This document shows positions 9,082 to 18,647 of a stretch of 64,000 bases of DNA, in pieces; position 1 is the stretch's first letter, and each line of letters opens with the position of its first letter. The stretch is from an uncultured Candidatus Binatia bacterium (GTDB lineage: Bacteria > Desulfobacterota > Binatia > UBA9968 > CAXXLF01): NCBI GenBank assembly GCA_965218425.1, contig OZ244621.1, positions 1,184,001 through 1,248,000 on the forward strand, in the 5' to 3' direction. The notes beneath the pieces are model-generated. The model saw only the letters and a program-made list of their open reading frames with translations. It did not search any database and had not been told where the DNA came from. The position numbers and the translations under genes were made by a program.

Positions 9082-9588
9082 ATGAATAGGGAAGCGAGCA
9101 ACGAAAAGAGAGGAAGCGCAACGGCTCAGCCGTACGGTAGGCAGGCCGCGTTGCTTACGCTCGGGATCGCTCCAGTGATTTTTTCCAGTGAGCGAGTGCG
9201 GATTGGGCGCCTCGATCCGGAAGAACACGGGCTCATCAGGGATCTTCGTCTCGAACATCGGGGAACACATGCATTTCGCTTCGATGCCAGGGACATGAGG
9301 ATCGCGAATATCGGTCTCCGGCCGGATGTCGCGCCAATGGGGGAGATTGAAGAGGTTGCGGTCGGGAAGCACTTGTTGCTGCTGGCGGTGGCTATCGAAC
9401 ACCAGCTCTGGCACTGGCTGTCAGGCAGTCGGAAAATACTGCATCGCTTCCACCCGTTGATCTGTCTTGGCAACCGGGACCGGCTGTTGACGAAGGCGTT
9501 ACAGGAAGTCGGCATACAGTCGCCGGATACGCGACTTGATGTTGTCGCCAAATGGTCATTCGGTTTGCGTTGTGGGGTCAGACCTTGA
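9082..9588 (+). pseudogene. N-terminal fragment of a long prokaryotic Argonaute-like protein, cut off by repeat A
   Basis: LRLEHRGTHAFRFD...HLLLLAVAIEHQL...RFHPLICLG..DRLL..AL......RLDVVAKWSFGLR resembles by eye the N/L1 region of RsAgo-type long-B pAgos. The frame runs into the repeat at 9570. Confidence 0.55.
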
Positions 9589-10006
9589 CATTTGACATGA
9601 TTCATCTCGCCTTCTCAAAAGTTATTGAGAGAGCGCTAAAGCTCTCCCGCCACCGTCGCCTCCCAGGTTGCACTGTCCCGACACCACGGGGCGGCGGCTG
9701 CTGCAATATGCGTCAAGACGCCGTCGCATGACGTGGAGCGGCTCGGCCATGTCGTCTTTTGAAACCGGCGTCAGGCACGCCTTATTGCTACTCCGGGTTC
9801 CCTTCCCTTTCGGATTCCGGCCTGTATTGCGCCAATTCTTTTGTGGAACGTCCTGTCCATTTGGACGCGGTCCACCAAGGCATGGATGCGGTTCTTTCCC
9901 GTCAATTGCATTTACCTGGGCGTATCGCTTGTGAGAGCATGGGGCCTTCTCCTTTCAGGTTTGATGGCCGTTACAACCACCACACTACTGGAGCTTGACC
10001 CCTTTT
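9570..10006. repeat. Composite repeat (A + spacer + B + inverted D); bounded by GGGGTCAG...TTGACCCC, MITE-like
   Basis: 9570-9871 aligns co-linearly with 22681-22983. The element starts GGGGTCAGACC (9574) and ends GCTTGACCCC (10002). Confidence 0.88.
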
Positions 10007-10272
10007 TCATGTTACCTGACCCATGTTTCTTTTTTAGTAGGCTGTCAGCCTAATGATGAGCAAACTCCTGTTTAGCGTTATTGGATCGTCAATCAGGGCG
10101 GCTTTGGCCAGCTCCCGGGTAGTGGGTCATCACTAATACCTTAAATTAGTAATGTGTTCATGGAGCAGGGGATTTTGGTAGTCTCTCAGTTTGAAATTCA
10201 GTGTGCCCCCAGCTTGAAGGTTGTCAACCAGTAATAGACGGAGTATTCTTGAGTTACAAGGAGGATCTAGAA

Positions 10273-10437
10273 GTGAAAACTTCAACTGCCGAGAGCAAAA
10301 ACTATAAGTGTCCGAAGTGCGGTGACGATCTTACACAAGACCGGAAGGGTCAAGGCTTTGTAAGACACAAGAGTAATTCAGACTGCTATTATGAAAAAGG
10401 GGATAGAGATCACCCGACCCTGCGGTTGGGTAAATAA
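10273..10437 (+). CDS. Small putative zinc-binding protein
   Basis: SD AGGAGG before GTG; CPKC...H....C pattern; lies upstream of dndA. Confidence 0.45.
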   Translation: MKTSTAESKNYKCPKCGDDLTQDRKGQGFVRHKSNSDCYYEKGDRDHPTLRLGK

Positions 10438-10515
10438 GTATTTAATTCCCTTTCAATGTAGTCGAGAGGGTCGAATGCATCGTTTTAGCTCCGGCGGATT
10501 GATGTGGCAGGCGGC

Positions 10516-11769
10516 ATGAGTATTGGTAGAAACACGCAAACCGAGTGCAGACCGAGGGACGCTGTCTATCTGGACTATGCCGCAACGACGCCTGTCGACA
10601 CGCAGGTCATTGCGGTGATGATAAGGTATCTGGGGTTAGAGGGGATCTTCGGTAACGCTGCGTCGCGGTCACACCGCTTTGGACGCGAAGCCGAAGAGGC
10701 AGTGGAGATGGCACGAGAGCAAGTAGCCGAACTCATCAATGCTGATCCATCTGAGATTGTTTGGACATCGGGGGCTACTGAGTCCGTCAATTTGGCGATC
10801 AAGGGCGTAGCGCATGGACATGCCGACCAGGGCAAACATCTTGTCACTTCGAGTCTGGAGCACCATGCTGTTCTGGATTCATGCGATCAATTGGCCCGCG
10901 AAGGATATGAAATCACTTATGTTGACCCTGACCGGGACGGCCTGATCTCCCCAGAGCATGTGGAACAGGCCCTGAGAGACGACACCATTCTTGTCTCCCT
11001 GATGCATGTGAACAATGAAGTCGGGACCATCACCGACATCAAAGCGATAAGCGAAATAACCCGTGCCCGCGGGATCGCATTCCATGTGGACGCCGCACAA
11101 GGCGCGGCGCGTCTATCCCTCGACTTGCGCTCGATTCACGCGGACCTTGTTTCCCTTAGCGGACACAAGATGTACGGGCCAAAAGGTATCGGAGCGTTGT
11201 ACGTGCGTCACCGACCCCGCGTCCGGATCGAACCTCAGATACATGGCGGAGGTCAGGAACAGGGTATCCGCTCGGGGACGCTTGCGACACATCAAGTGGT
11301 CGGCATGGGCAAGGCCGCACAATTGACGTGTGAACGCCGAAAGCAAGATGTCGAAGCTGTCGCCGTGCTCGATCACCGCTTGCTGGAACGTCTTGCAGAT
11401 ATTGAGCACACCTTTATAAACGGCAACGAAACGCATCGTGTCTCAGGAATTGCAAACGTTGGCTTCGCATGCGTCGAGAGTGAGTCCCTCATGATGTCGT
11501 TGAAGGATGTTGCCATCTCATCCGGGTCGGCTTGCACCTCGTCCCACGTTGAGTCGTCCCACGTCTTGCGATCGCTAGGTTTGCCCGACGACCTTGCGAG
11601 TTGTTCAGTCCGCTTCAGCCTCGGACGATTCACGACCGAGCAGGAAGTCGACTTTGCTGCAGAGCGTGTGAGGGAATCCGTAAATGCGCTACGCCAATTG
11701 TCTCCCCAATGGAGATCGCTCCACCGAAACATTCGTAAAACTAAACCAAATCGCGTTCGTACTGATTAG
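10516..11769 (+). CDS. dndA: Cysteine desulfurase DndA (IscS family)
   Basis: [19 protein letters not shown] (PLP lysine) and SSGSACTS (catalytic Cys); 6 nt upstream of dndC. Confidence 0.92.
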   Translation: MSIGRNTQTECRPRDAVYLDYAATTPVDTQVIAVMIRYLGLEGIFGNAASRSHRFGREAEEAVEMAREQVAELINADPSEIVWTSGATESVNLAIKGVAHGHADQGKHLVTSSLEHHAVLDSCDQLAREGYEITYVDPDRDGLISPEHVEQALRDDTILVSLMHVNNEVGTITDIKAISEITRARGIAFHVDAAQGAARLSLDLRSIHADLVSLSGHKMYGPKGIGALYVRHRPRVRIEPQIHGGGQEQGIRSGTLATHQVVGMGKAAQLTCERRKQDVEAVAVLDHRLLERLADIEHTFINGNETHRVSGIANVGFACVESESLMMSLKDVAISSGSACTSSHVESSHVLRSLGLPDDLASCSVRFSLGRFTTEQEVDFAAERVRESVNALRQLSPQWRSLHRNIRKTKPNRVRTD

Positions 11770-11775
11770 TATGAC

Positions 11776-12969
11776 ATGAACGAGCACATCCAATTTAGAA
11801 ACATCGCAAGCGGCGACCATGGTAACATCTTCCATGTTGTCAAGCGTCTTGACGTCGCCATGGACGCCATTCGAAGAGAATACCTGCGAAAGCACGTCGA
11901 TCCGTGGGTGCTGGCCTATTCGGGCGGAAAGGACTCGACCCTGCTTCTTCAACTAACGTGGGAGGTGTTGGCATCGCTCCCTGTCCGTGATCGACGGCGT
12001 AAGATCTATGTCGTGGGCAACGACACGCTTGTCGAGTCGCCGTTGGTGATCCAGCATCTCAGAACCACTATGGCGACGATCAAGGATGCTGCTGCTGCGG
12101 ACGGACTGCCAATCGAGACGCAGATCACGAGGCCGCACATCGACCAGACTTTCTGGGTAAACGTGATTGGGCGCGGTTACATTCCCCCGACGCGGAACTT
12201 TCGGTGGTGTACCGATCGGATGAAAATCCTTCCGACTACCCAGCTCCTTGACGGACTCGTTCGATCACACAAGCGCGTTGTGCTACTGGTGGGAACGCGA
12301 AAAAGCGAGTCCGAGAATCGGCGCCGCAACATGACGAAGCATGGCGTTTCTGCAACCAAGATGAATCCTCACAGTTCCGTGGAACGCTGTCGAATGTTCG
12401 CGCCGCTGGCCGAATTCGAAGACCAGGACGTTTGGCTAATCCTGATGCAGCGAAAGCCACCGTGGGGCGGCTCGCATCGAGATCTAATCACGCTGTATCG
12501 TAATGCTGGAGGTGGAGAGTGCCCGTTGGTGCTGTCCAAGGCCGATGCCCCGTCATGCGGAACGACCTCGCCCAGGTTCGGTTGCTGGACATGTACGGTC
12601 GTAAAGAAAGATCGGAGCTTGCGAGGCTTGATTGATTCCGGTCACGAACACGCAGAAGTCTTCGCACGTCTCTTCGACTTTCGTGAGTGGCTGGTCCAAC
12701 TGCGTGAAGACAACGCAAATCGCCAGCGAGTGCGGAGGGACGGAAACTCCAAATCTCGTGCAGATGGAACCCTCGTGATGGGACCCTTCACGCTTGATGT
12801 TCGCGAACGTATCCTGCGCCGACTAAAGGTGCTCGAAGACGATACTAGGCAGCAACTCATTTCCGAATCTGAGCTTGATGTTATCAAAGACATCTGGCGT
12901 TGCGATCAGGTTCGAGAAGAGTGTCGCACTGCGTTACGCAACACGTTCGCCGACGGAGCCTCAGTTTGA
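11776..12969 (+). CDS. dndC: DNA phosphorothioation sulfurtransferase DndC (PAPS-reductase family)
   Basis: WVLAYSGGKDS, DTLVE, FWVNVIGRGY, FRWCTDRMKI, ECPLV, RFGCWTCTVV. Confidence 0.95.
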   Translation: MNEHIQFRNIASGDHGNIFHVVKRLDVAMDAIRREYLRKHVDPWVLAYSGGKDSTLLLQLTWEVLASLPVRDRRRKIYVVGNDTLVESPLVIQHLRTTMATIKDAAAADGLPIETQITRPHIDQTFWVNVIGRGYIPPTRNFRWCTDRMKILPTTQLLDGLVRSHKRVVLLVGTRKSESENRRRNMTKHGVSATKMNPHSSVERCRMFAPLAEFEDQDVWLILMQRKPPWGGSHRDLITLYRNAGGGECPLVLSKADAPSCGTTSPRFGCWTCTVVKKDRSLRGLIDSGHEHAEVFARLFDFREWLVQLREDNANRQRVRRDGNSKSRADGTLVMGPFTLDVRERILRRLKVLEDDTRQQLISESELDVIKDIWRCDQVREECRTALRNTFADGASV

Positions 12970-14756
12970 CAACTCAGCGCCAGACGGTCATTGAGGCGGA
13001 GGCGATGTTGTTTTCGGACCTTTTCCCCCAGGGCCGATTCGCCGTCCCGTGGCACCAGCGCTACTACGATTGGAAGCCGAGCGATGTCCGAGCACTTCTC
13101 TACGATATCGATGAAGCGATCAAGGAAAAGCGCGAGTGTTACTTTCTGGGTGCGGTGATGCTGGTTGAAGTCGAACCTAGAAAATGGGAGATCAACGACG
13201 GCCAACAACGAATGGTAACAATATCGCTGATCTGTGCCGCACTTTGCCGACGATTCGCTCGGGAAGAAAGGGGTTCGCAACGTGAAGGGCTCGCGCTGTG
13301 CATGCTGTTCGATCTGAACACTAATAGCGTCTCGACTTCAGACGACGTGGAACGCTACACTCCCCGGATTTCCCCACCGCAGAACGACGCGGCGCGGTAT
13401 CACCAGTTGATCCGTGGCAACACGATTGGAACCAACGGCAAGCTCACCGCCGCATGGGCAGAGATTGAAAAATTCTTCACTCCGATGAGTCAGGAAAAGT
13501 CGAAGGAGTATTTCGACTTTCTTTACAAAAAGTTGGAAATTACCTGCTTGCAGGTTCCGTCAAACATAGATTCGAACGCGGTGTACGAGACGCTTAACTA
13601 TAGAGGCAAGAAACTCGACGATTTGGACCTGATCCGTAATCATCTGTATTCGCACTTCAACGTGACCGGCGAATCCGAGAGAAGGCAATCGATACATGTG
13701 AATCTTGAGAGGATCCGCACAACGATTGCCAGCACCACAAAGGCATCCGAATACTTGCGTTGTCACCTGCAATGCCGGTTCGGCTTCCTTAGCAAGGACA
13801 ACTTCTACCGCGACGTACGTTCTGCCATTAAAACACGGAGGAATAATGAGCGCGGGCCGACGGGTTCCCAGGCCGACTACGTCTTCCACCTAACGAAACA
13901 AATCTCTGCTCCTGAGTCTCTGCAACTCTTCCAGACGATGACGGCAAAAGGCCCAGAACCGGAATTTATCAGGGCGTTCGAAAAGGACTCTGGGACAACA
14001 AATTCACCGAGGAATCTAGAAGTTTTTTTTCGGGAGTTGGGTGCATATAAGGTCACTCAGCCCCTAATTTTCGCCATGTTGACCAGGTACATACGTGAAT
14101 CGGACGGCGGAACAAAGAGGCAGATTGCAAGGTCCGTCAATAAAAACCTGAGTCGCTTGGCGACATTCGTCCTCAGAACGGCATTTGTTGCACCTAAGTT
14201 TGAGCCTTCGCATTTCGAAACAAAGTTTTCCAACTATGCCAAACACATCGCAACCGCCAACGTCCTTCCTAATGACAAATTTGCTGATTTTCTAAAGGAA
14301 TGCGATGCTTCAGAACACGGAGTGCTAGATGACTCCAAGTTCCAAAACGCTATGGTCGAGGCGACGATGAAGGACAAAAAAAAGATCAAGCGGTTTCTGC
14401 TCGGGATTAATCGCAACATACAACACGGTGCACGGCTATTGAACGAGCAATCCTGTAACGTCGAGCACATACTGCCAGAATCTTCGCAACACTGGAGTGC
14501 TTGGACCAGCTTCAAGGATGTCGATGGGAGCGAGTGGGTTAATAGAATCGGGAATCTGACCCTGGTGGGACCGGCGGACAATCAGCCTGGACCGAAGTAT
14601 AATGGTGATTTTGCGAAGAAGCGCGAGAGCTATCGAGGCAGTGAAGTCGCGCTTACCCGTGAGCTGAGCAAACACGTTGATTGGACCCCTACCACCGTCG
14701 AAGCGAGACAGCGGGAGTTGGCGAAACGAGCCGCGCGTGTTTGGACGTTCGTTTGA
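12966..14756 (+). CDS. DUF262 + DUF1524(HNH) protein, GmrSD/SspE-like modification-linked nuclease
   Basis: VPWHQRYYDW, INDGQQR, YETLNYRGKKL; C-terminal VEHILP...IGNLTL...N. The TTG start overlaps the dndC stop (TTGA). Confidence 0.88.
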   Translation: MTTQRQTVIEAEAMLFSDLFPQGRFAVPWHQRYYDWKPSDVRALLYDIDEAIKEKRECYFLGAVMLVEVEPRKWEINDGQQRMVTISLICAALCRRFAREERGSQREGLALCMLFDLNTNSVSTSDDVERYTPRISPPQNDAARYHQLIRGNTIGTNGKLTAAWAEIEKFFTPMSQEKSKEYFDFLYKKLEITCLQVPSNIDSNAVYETLNYRGKKLDDLDLIRNHLYSHFNVTGESERRQSIHVNLERIRTTIASTTKASEYLRCHLQCRFGFLSKDNFYRDVRSAIKTRRNNERGPTGSQADYVFHLTKQISAPESLQLFQTMTAKGPEPEFIRAFEKDSGTTNSPRNLEVFFRELGAYKVTQPLIFAMLTRYIRESDGGTKRQIARSVNKNLSRLATFVLRTAFVAPKFEPSHFETKFSNYAKHIATANVLPNDKFADFLKECDASEHGVLDDSKFQNAMVEATMKDKKKIKRFLLGINRNIQHGARLLNEQSCNVEHILPESSQHWSAWTSFKDVDGSEWVNRIGNLTLVGPADNQPGPKYNGDFAKKRESYRGSEVALTRELSKHVDWTPTTVEARQRELAKRAARVWTFV

Positions 14757-14901
14757 TGCTTGATACACCACAACTTCGGCGTCTCGCCGAGGACCATCTC
14801 CACGTTCCCACGACGCTTCATAACTAAACAATGAGAAAGTATCAGGTCCTTGTCTTTGTTCAAATTCACGATTGAAATGAGACGTTGGGGAGTATGTTGT
14901 C

Positions 14902-15111
14902 ATGAAAATATCAAAAGATGAAATTGAACTCATATCAAAGATCGCTGCCGATCACGAAATCAAAGGTGATGTGATCGTACAACTTCTTGAGCTTGAAGAG
15001 GAATTTCCAGATGTTCACGCGTGGGGAGCACGTGCAAATCTTAAACGTAAAATTGCTCAAACACTTGAGCAAGCAGCAAATCAGGCGAACCCGACCGATC
15101 CTAATCGATGA
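14902..15111 (+). CDS. Small Dnd-associated helical protein
   Basis: 69 aa, QLLELEEE..., with an ATGA overlap with dndD; resembles the small genes found between dndC and dndD. Confidence 0.7.
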   Translation: MKISKDEIELISKIAADHEIKGDVIVQLLELEEEFPDVHAWGARANLKRKIAQTLEQAANQANPTDPNR

Positions 15112-17144
15112 TCTTCAAACGCATACGCCTTGAGAACCTGTTTGCCTATAAGGGTATTCAGGAAATTGATCTTACGGGGTGCGGTAAGGGAAGGAACATT
15201 ATTCTTATTTCTGGCCGCAATGGTACAGGTAAAACAAGCTTTATCAATGCTGTCAAACTTCTATTCCTTGGCGCTAACGATCAGCGTCTGCGACGTGTTG
15301 GCTTCCCGCCTACGACTCTTGCCACAGGCCAATTTGTTCGGGGTGTTCCGGGCGTGTGGTCCGGTTTGTTCAACACTCAAGCGCGACGCGACGATTCTGA
15401 ACGAGCGTCAATATCAATCATTTGGGAAGAAGAAGATGGAGTTGAGTTTGAGGCCCGACGAAGCTGGCGTTTGAATGGTCCTAGCTACGAAGAGAACCTC
15501 GATCTATACAAAAACGGAGAAGCGTCAAATCCAGACGACGTCTCCTTGCAGCTTGCAGAAAAACTGCCGCACGACTTTGTGCCGTTCTTCTTTTTTGACG
15601 GCGAACAAATTCGTGAACTTGCCGAAGCGGAGGAGGATATCACTGCAAATGAGATCGAACGCATATTGAACCTCTCCTTTGTGGGCGAAATAGAACAGGG
15701 CGTGTCGGAATTCGTACGGCAGCGTCGCCGTGAGGCGCTACCCGAAGAAACGCAGGTTCGAATACGACGTGCCGAGGGAGAACTTGCCACGAAACAGGCA
15801 GAAAAAGCGGTGGCGGAAAGACGGCTGATGAATTTTCAAGAGGCCATCCAGAAGACCGAGTCCCGCAAACGTGAACTGACGGTCGAGAGGGACGAATTAC
15901 GTACCGGTGTTTCCGACGCGGACCGACTGCTTCTCGAACAACGCCTGGAGACGTTGGAATCGCAAAGATCGGATTTGGCCCGTAAGATCAGCGAGACTCT
16001 GCCGCCAGAGGCGCCGTTCCTCGCAAACCTTAAACTAACACTCCGCGCATACGGGGATGTAGAAACCGTCGTATCGGCACGAGCCGCTCAGGAACTTGGG
16101 AGGCTCGACACTCTACGTCGAGAACTGCCCCACCGGCTGCTGGATCAGGAGCCACACCCTGAAACGCCGCTCGACCCATCCCAGATTGAACACTTACGCG
16201 GGAAGCTCCTATCGCTCATAGAAGAATATACTACTCTGGAGACAGCAGATCAGTTGCCATCCTATCTCCGAACACTCGATCTTGCTAGCGCCCAGAGTTT
16301 GCGCGACCGTTACCTAATTTGGGTTCGCGAGGGCGTAAGACACAGACGTTCCATCGCCACAGAGTTACAACAGATACGCAAGCTTACTGTAGAGGCGGAA
16401 CAAACGACGGAAGAACTAGCCCGGGTATCTGTCGCGTCGAAGGGCCACCTTCAACGCTTTCGCGAGATATCCAAGGAGCTTGACGAACTCGATAATGAAT
16501 TAGCCGCTAAGCACGAGGATGTCGGAAAGGTTGAGGCCGAAATCTCTCAATGCGCGCGCACCATATCCGAAACCCGTAAGCAAGTCGCCGCGCTTGAAGA
16601 AGAACACGAACAAGCCAGAATGACTGGCCAGACTGTCCAATACGCAAGACATGTCGAGGCAGTTCTGCACGAATATAGAGCACGCCAAAGAGAGTTGAGG
16701 CGCACCTCTGTCGAAAAACGCATTAACGAGAAACTGGGTATTCTTCTAGCCGAACACGGACAAATCGGGCGCGTAAACCTCAGCAACCGGTTCATAATGA
16801 CGTATTATGACAAACATGATCAAAAAATTGGGCGCGTAAGTATTTCTGCCGGCATGAAGCAGCTCGTCGCAACAGCATTACTGTGGGCACTAAAGGACGA
16901 ATCCGGTAAGAAGATACCTCTGGTCATCGATACACCACTTGCTCGCATCGACCGCCGAAATCGCGCGCGTCTTTTGGACTCCTATTACCCTAATGCGGGG
17001 GAGCAGGTCATTGTGCTCCCCACAGACAGCGAGATTGATGACAGCCAGTTACTGCATCTCGCTCCACATATTGCCAAAAGGTACCGGATAGAGAATGTCG
17101 ACGGCGAAAACGCCAAGATTGTTCTGGATCAAACCAATGTCTAA
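15108..17144 (+). CDS. dndD: DNA sulfur modification protein DndD (SMC-like ABC ATPase)
   Basis: GRNGTGKTS, FFFFDGEQI, long coiled coil, ISAGMKQ, IDTPLARID, YYPNAGEQVIVLPTDSEI. Confidence 0.95.
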   Translation: MIFKRIRLENLFAYKGIQEIDLTGCGKGRNIILISGRNGTGKTSFINAVKLLFLGANDQRLRRVGFPPTTLATGQFVRGVPGVWSGLFNTQARRDDSERASISIIWEEEDGVEFEARRSWRLNGPSYEENLDLYKNGEASNPDDVSLQLAEKLPHDFVPFFFFDGEQIRELAEAEEDITANEIERILNLSFVGEIEQGVSEFVRQRRREALPEETQVRIRRAEGELATKQAEKAVAERRLMNFQEAIQKTESRKRELTVERDELRTGVSDADRLLLEQRLETLESQRSDLARKISETLPPEAPFLANLKLTLRAYGDVETVVSARAAQELGRLDTLRRELPHRLLDQEPHPETPLDPSQIEHLRGKLLSLIEEYTTLETADQLPSYLRTLDLASAQSLRDRYLIWVREGVRHRRSIATELQQIRKLTVEAEQTTEELARVSVASKGHLQRFREISKELDELDNELAAKHEDVGKVEAEISQCARTISETRKQVAALEEEHEQARMTGQTVQYARHVEAVLHEYRARQRELRRTSVEKRINEKLGILLAEHGQIGRVNLSNRFIMTYYDKHDQKIGRVSISAGMKQLVATALLWALKDESGKKIPLVIDTPLARIDRRNRARLLDSYYPNAGEQVIVLPTDSEIDDSQLLHLAPHIAKRYRIENVDGENAKIVLDQTNV

Positions 17145-17147
17145 GGA

Positions 17148-18647
17148 ATGACCATGGACAAATTTTATTTCGGACGAGATGAACGAGCTTTCATGTTCCG
17201 CGTGATAGAAAAAGGAATGCTGCAAAAGCCAGGCCAAGCTCCACAATGGTGGGTTGTACGCCTCGCCTTGGCAAAATCTTTACAATTCGAAGAGCCTCCC
17301 AACGATGATAAGTTTGCGCCGCCACCGCATGTCCAAGGCGGAAGCGAGTTGCACCTTGATCAGATTACCGGAAAAGATAAGGGCGGATTGGAAGATTATA
17401 CACGCGCGTTGAAGCTTTTGCTGTCGGCACGTCATGGTGCCGACCTTATAAGCAATGATGCACTTTTTGAAGAGACACTACACAGACATATACGCAGAGG
17501 TCTTCATGAAATAAAAATTTCGTGGCGTGAAAATTCTGATTTCTTTGATTATTTGTATCAAGATTTGTTCTTTGAGAAGTTTACAAACGAATCCGGTGAG
17601 ACAAGCCTCGGCGATATATCAAATGAAGACCTGACTTTAGCACTGCATAAGATAGGGGTACGCGTTGAGGTTGAACAAAAACTTGATGGCCCAAGATTGT
17701 CGCGCTTCAGACTTGTTTTATCCGGTGTCGACGATTACGACAAACTACGAAGAAACATCGACGATCTCAACTTTATTCTTGGTCTGAGTGCTAACAGCAT
17801 ATCGTTTGAATTGGGTGGGGGCGAACGCAGGATTGTCTTGGACATCCCGCGACCAATGTCCATCTGGCACTACATAAAATGGGCTGAGGCTCAGAAGGCT
17901 CTTCAGGAAACGTCCTACCGCTTGCCTGTCTGTTCGGCTACCGACGTTCTGGGCGTTCCCATTTCTTTTGATTTGGCCTCCGCGCCCCATCTCTTGATAG
18001 GCGGCACCACTGGTAGCGGGAAAAGCATCTGTGTCCACGCGATCATATTGTCGCTGATTGTGTGCGTTGAGCGCCCGGAGTTGGTTCTCGTTGACCCGAA
18101 GGCTGTCGAGTTGACGGCGTATACGAACTACGGAAATCTGAGAGGAGGCCGTGTCATTACAGATATGGCTGATGCGAGGGCTGTTTTTCAAGAACTTGTG
18201 AAGACGATGGACCAAAGGCAAAAGGACTATATGTCTATCGGCGTGCGCGACATCGACGAAGCTCGGAAAAAGGGTAGCGATGACCGCAGCATTGTGGTGG
18301 TCGTCGACGAACTGGCAGACCTTGTCCTAGGAAACCCAGAGGTTGTCGGTCCACTTGTCCGTCTTGCCCAAAAGGCGCGCGCTTTTGGCATTCATTTAGT
18401 GTTGGCCACACAGCGCCCAGAGGCAGGAACATTTCCCGGCCTGTTACGGTCCAACATACCAAGCCGTATCGCGCTGACTGTCCAGAAAAATTCCGAGTCA
18501 CGGATCATCCTGGATGAGGGAGGCGCGGAGAACCTGCTCATGCGGGGCGACATGCTTGTACGCATGGTCGGTCAGAAGACAATCCGCGCGCATGGCGTCA
18601 GCGTGTCGCAGTCGGATATCGAAAGGGTTCTTGCCGAACATGGCTAA
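17148..18647 (+). CDS. dndE: DndE-like domain fused to an FtsK/SpoIIIE ATPase domain
   Basis: The N-terminal PQWWVVRLALAKSL...GSEL...RHIRRGL is DndE-like. The C-terminal GPRLSRF, PHLLIGGTTGSGKS, LVDPK, VVDELADL, LATQRP and GAENLL.RGDML are FtsK motifs. No TM segments or gamma domain. Confidence 0.82.
   Translation: MTMDKFYFGRDERAFMFRVIEKGMLQKPGQAPQWWVVRLALAKSLQFEEPPNDDKFAPPPHVQGGSELHLDQITGKDKGGLEDYTRALKLLLSARHGADLISNDALFEETLHRHIRRGLHEIKISWRENSDFFDYLYQDLFFEKFTNESGETSLGDISNEDLTLALHKIGVRVEVEQKLDGPRLSRFRLVLSGVDDYDKLRRNIDDLNFILGLSANSISFELGGGERRIVLDIPRPMSIWHYIKWAEAQKALQETSYRLPVCSATDVLGVPISFDLASAPHLLIGGTTGSGKSICVHAIILSLIVCVERPELVLVDPKAVELTAYTNYGNLRGGRVITDMADARAVFQELVKTMDQRQKDYMSIGVRDIDEARKKGSDDRSIVVVVDELADLVLGNPEVVGPLVRLAQKARAFGIHLVLATQRPEAGTFPGLLRSNIPSRIALTVQKNSESRIILDEGGAENLLMRGDMLVRMVGQKTIRAHGVSVSQSDIERVLAEHG

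Noticed and set aside
9585..9627. Tandem TTGACA in repeat A as a portable promoter
   Set aside because: No convincing -10 hexamer at 16-18 nt spacing; cannot be supported from sequence alone.
10020..10090. Faint similarity to 950-1020 (GAGCAAAC...ATTGGATC)
   Set aside because: Too short and degenerate to call by eye; it might be an IS1182 tail remnant but needs an alignment score.
10516..11769. Housekeeping iscS of an Fe-S cluster operon
   Set aside because: No iscR/iscU/hscAB neighbours; it is directly coupled to dndC.
17148..18647. Cell-division FtsK or conjugative coupling protein
   Set aside because: No N-terminal TM domain or gamma domain, no relaxase or T4SS genes, and it is embedded in the dnd operon.
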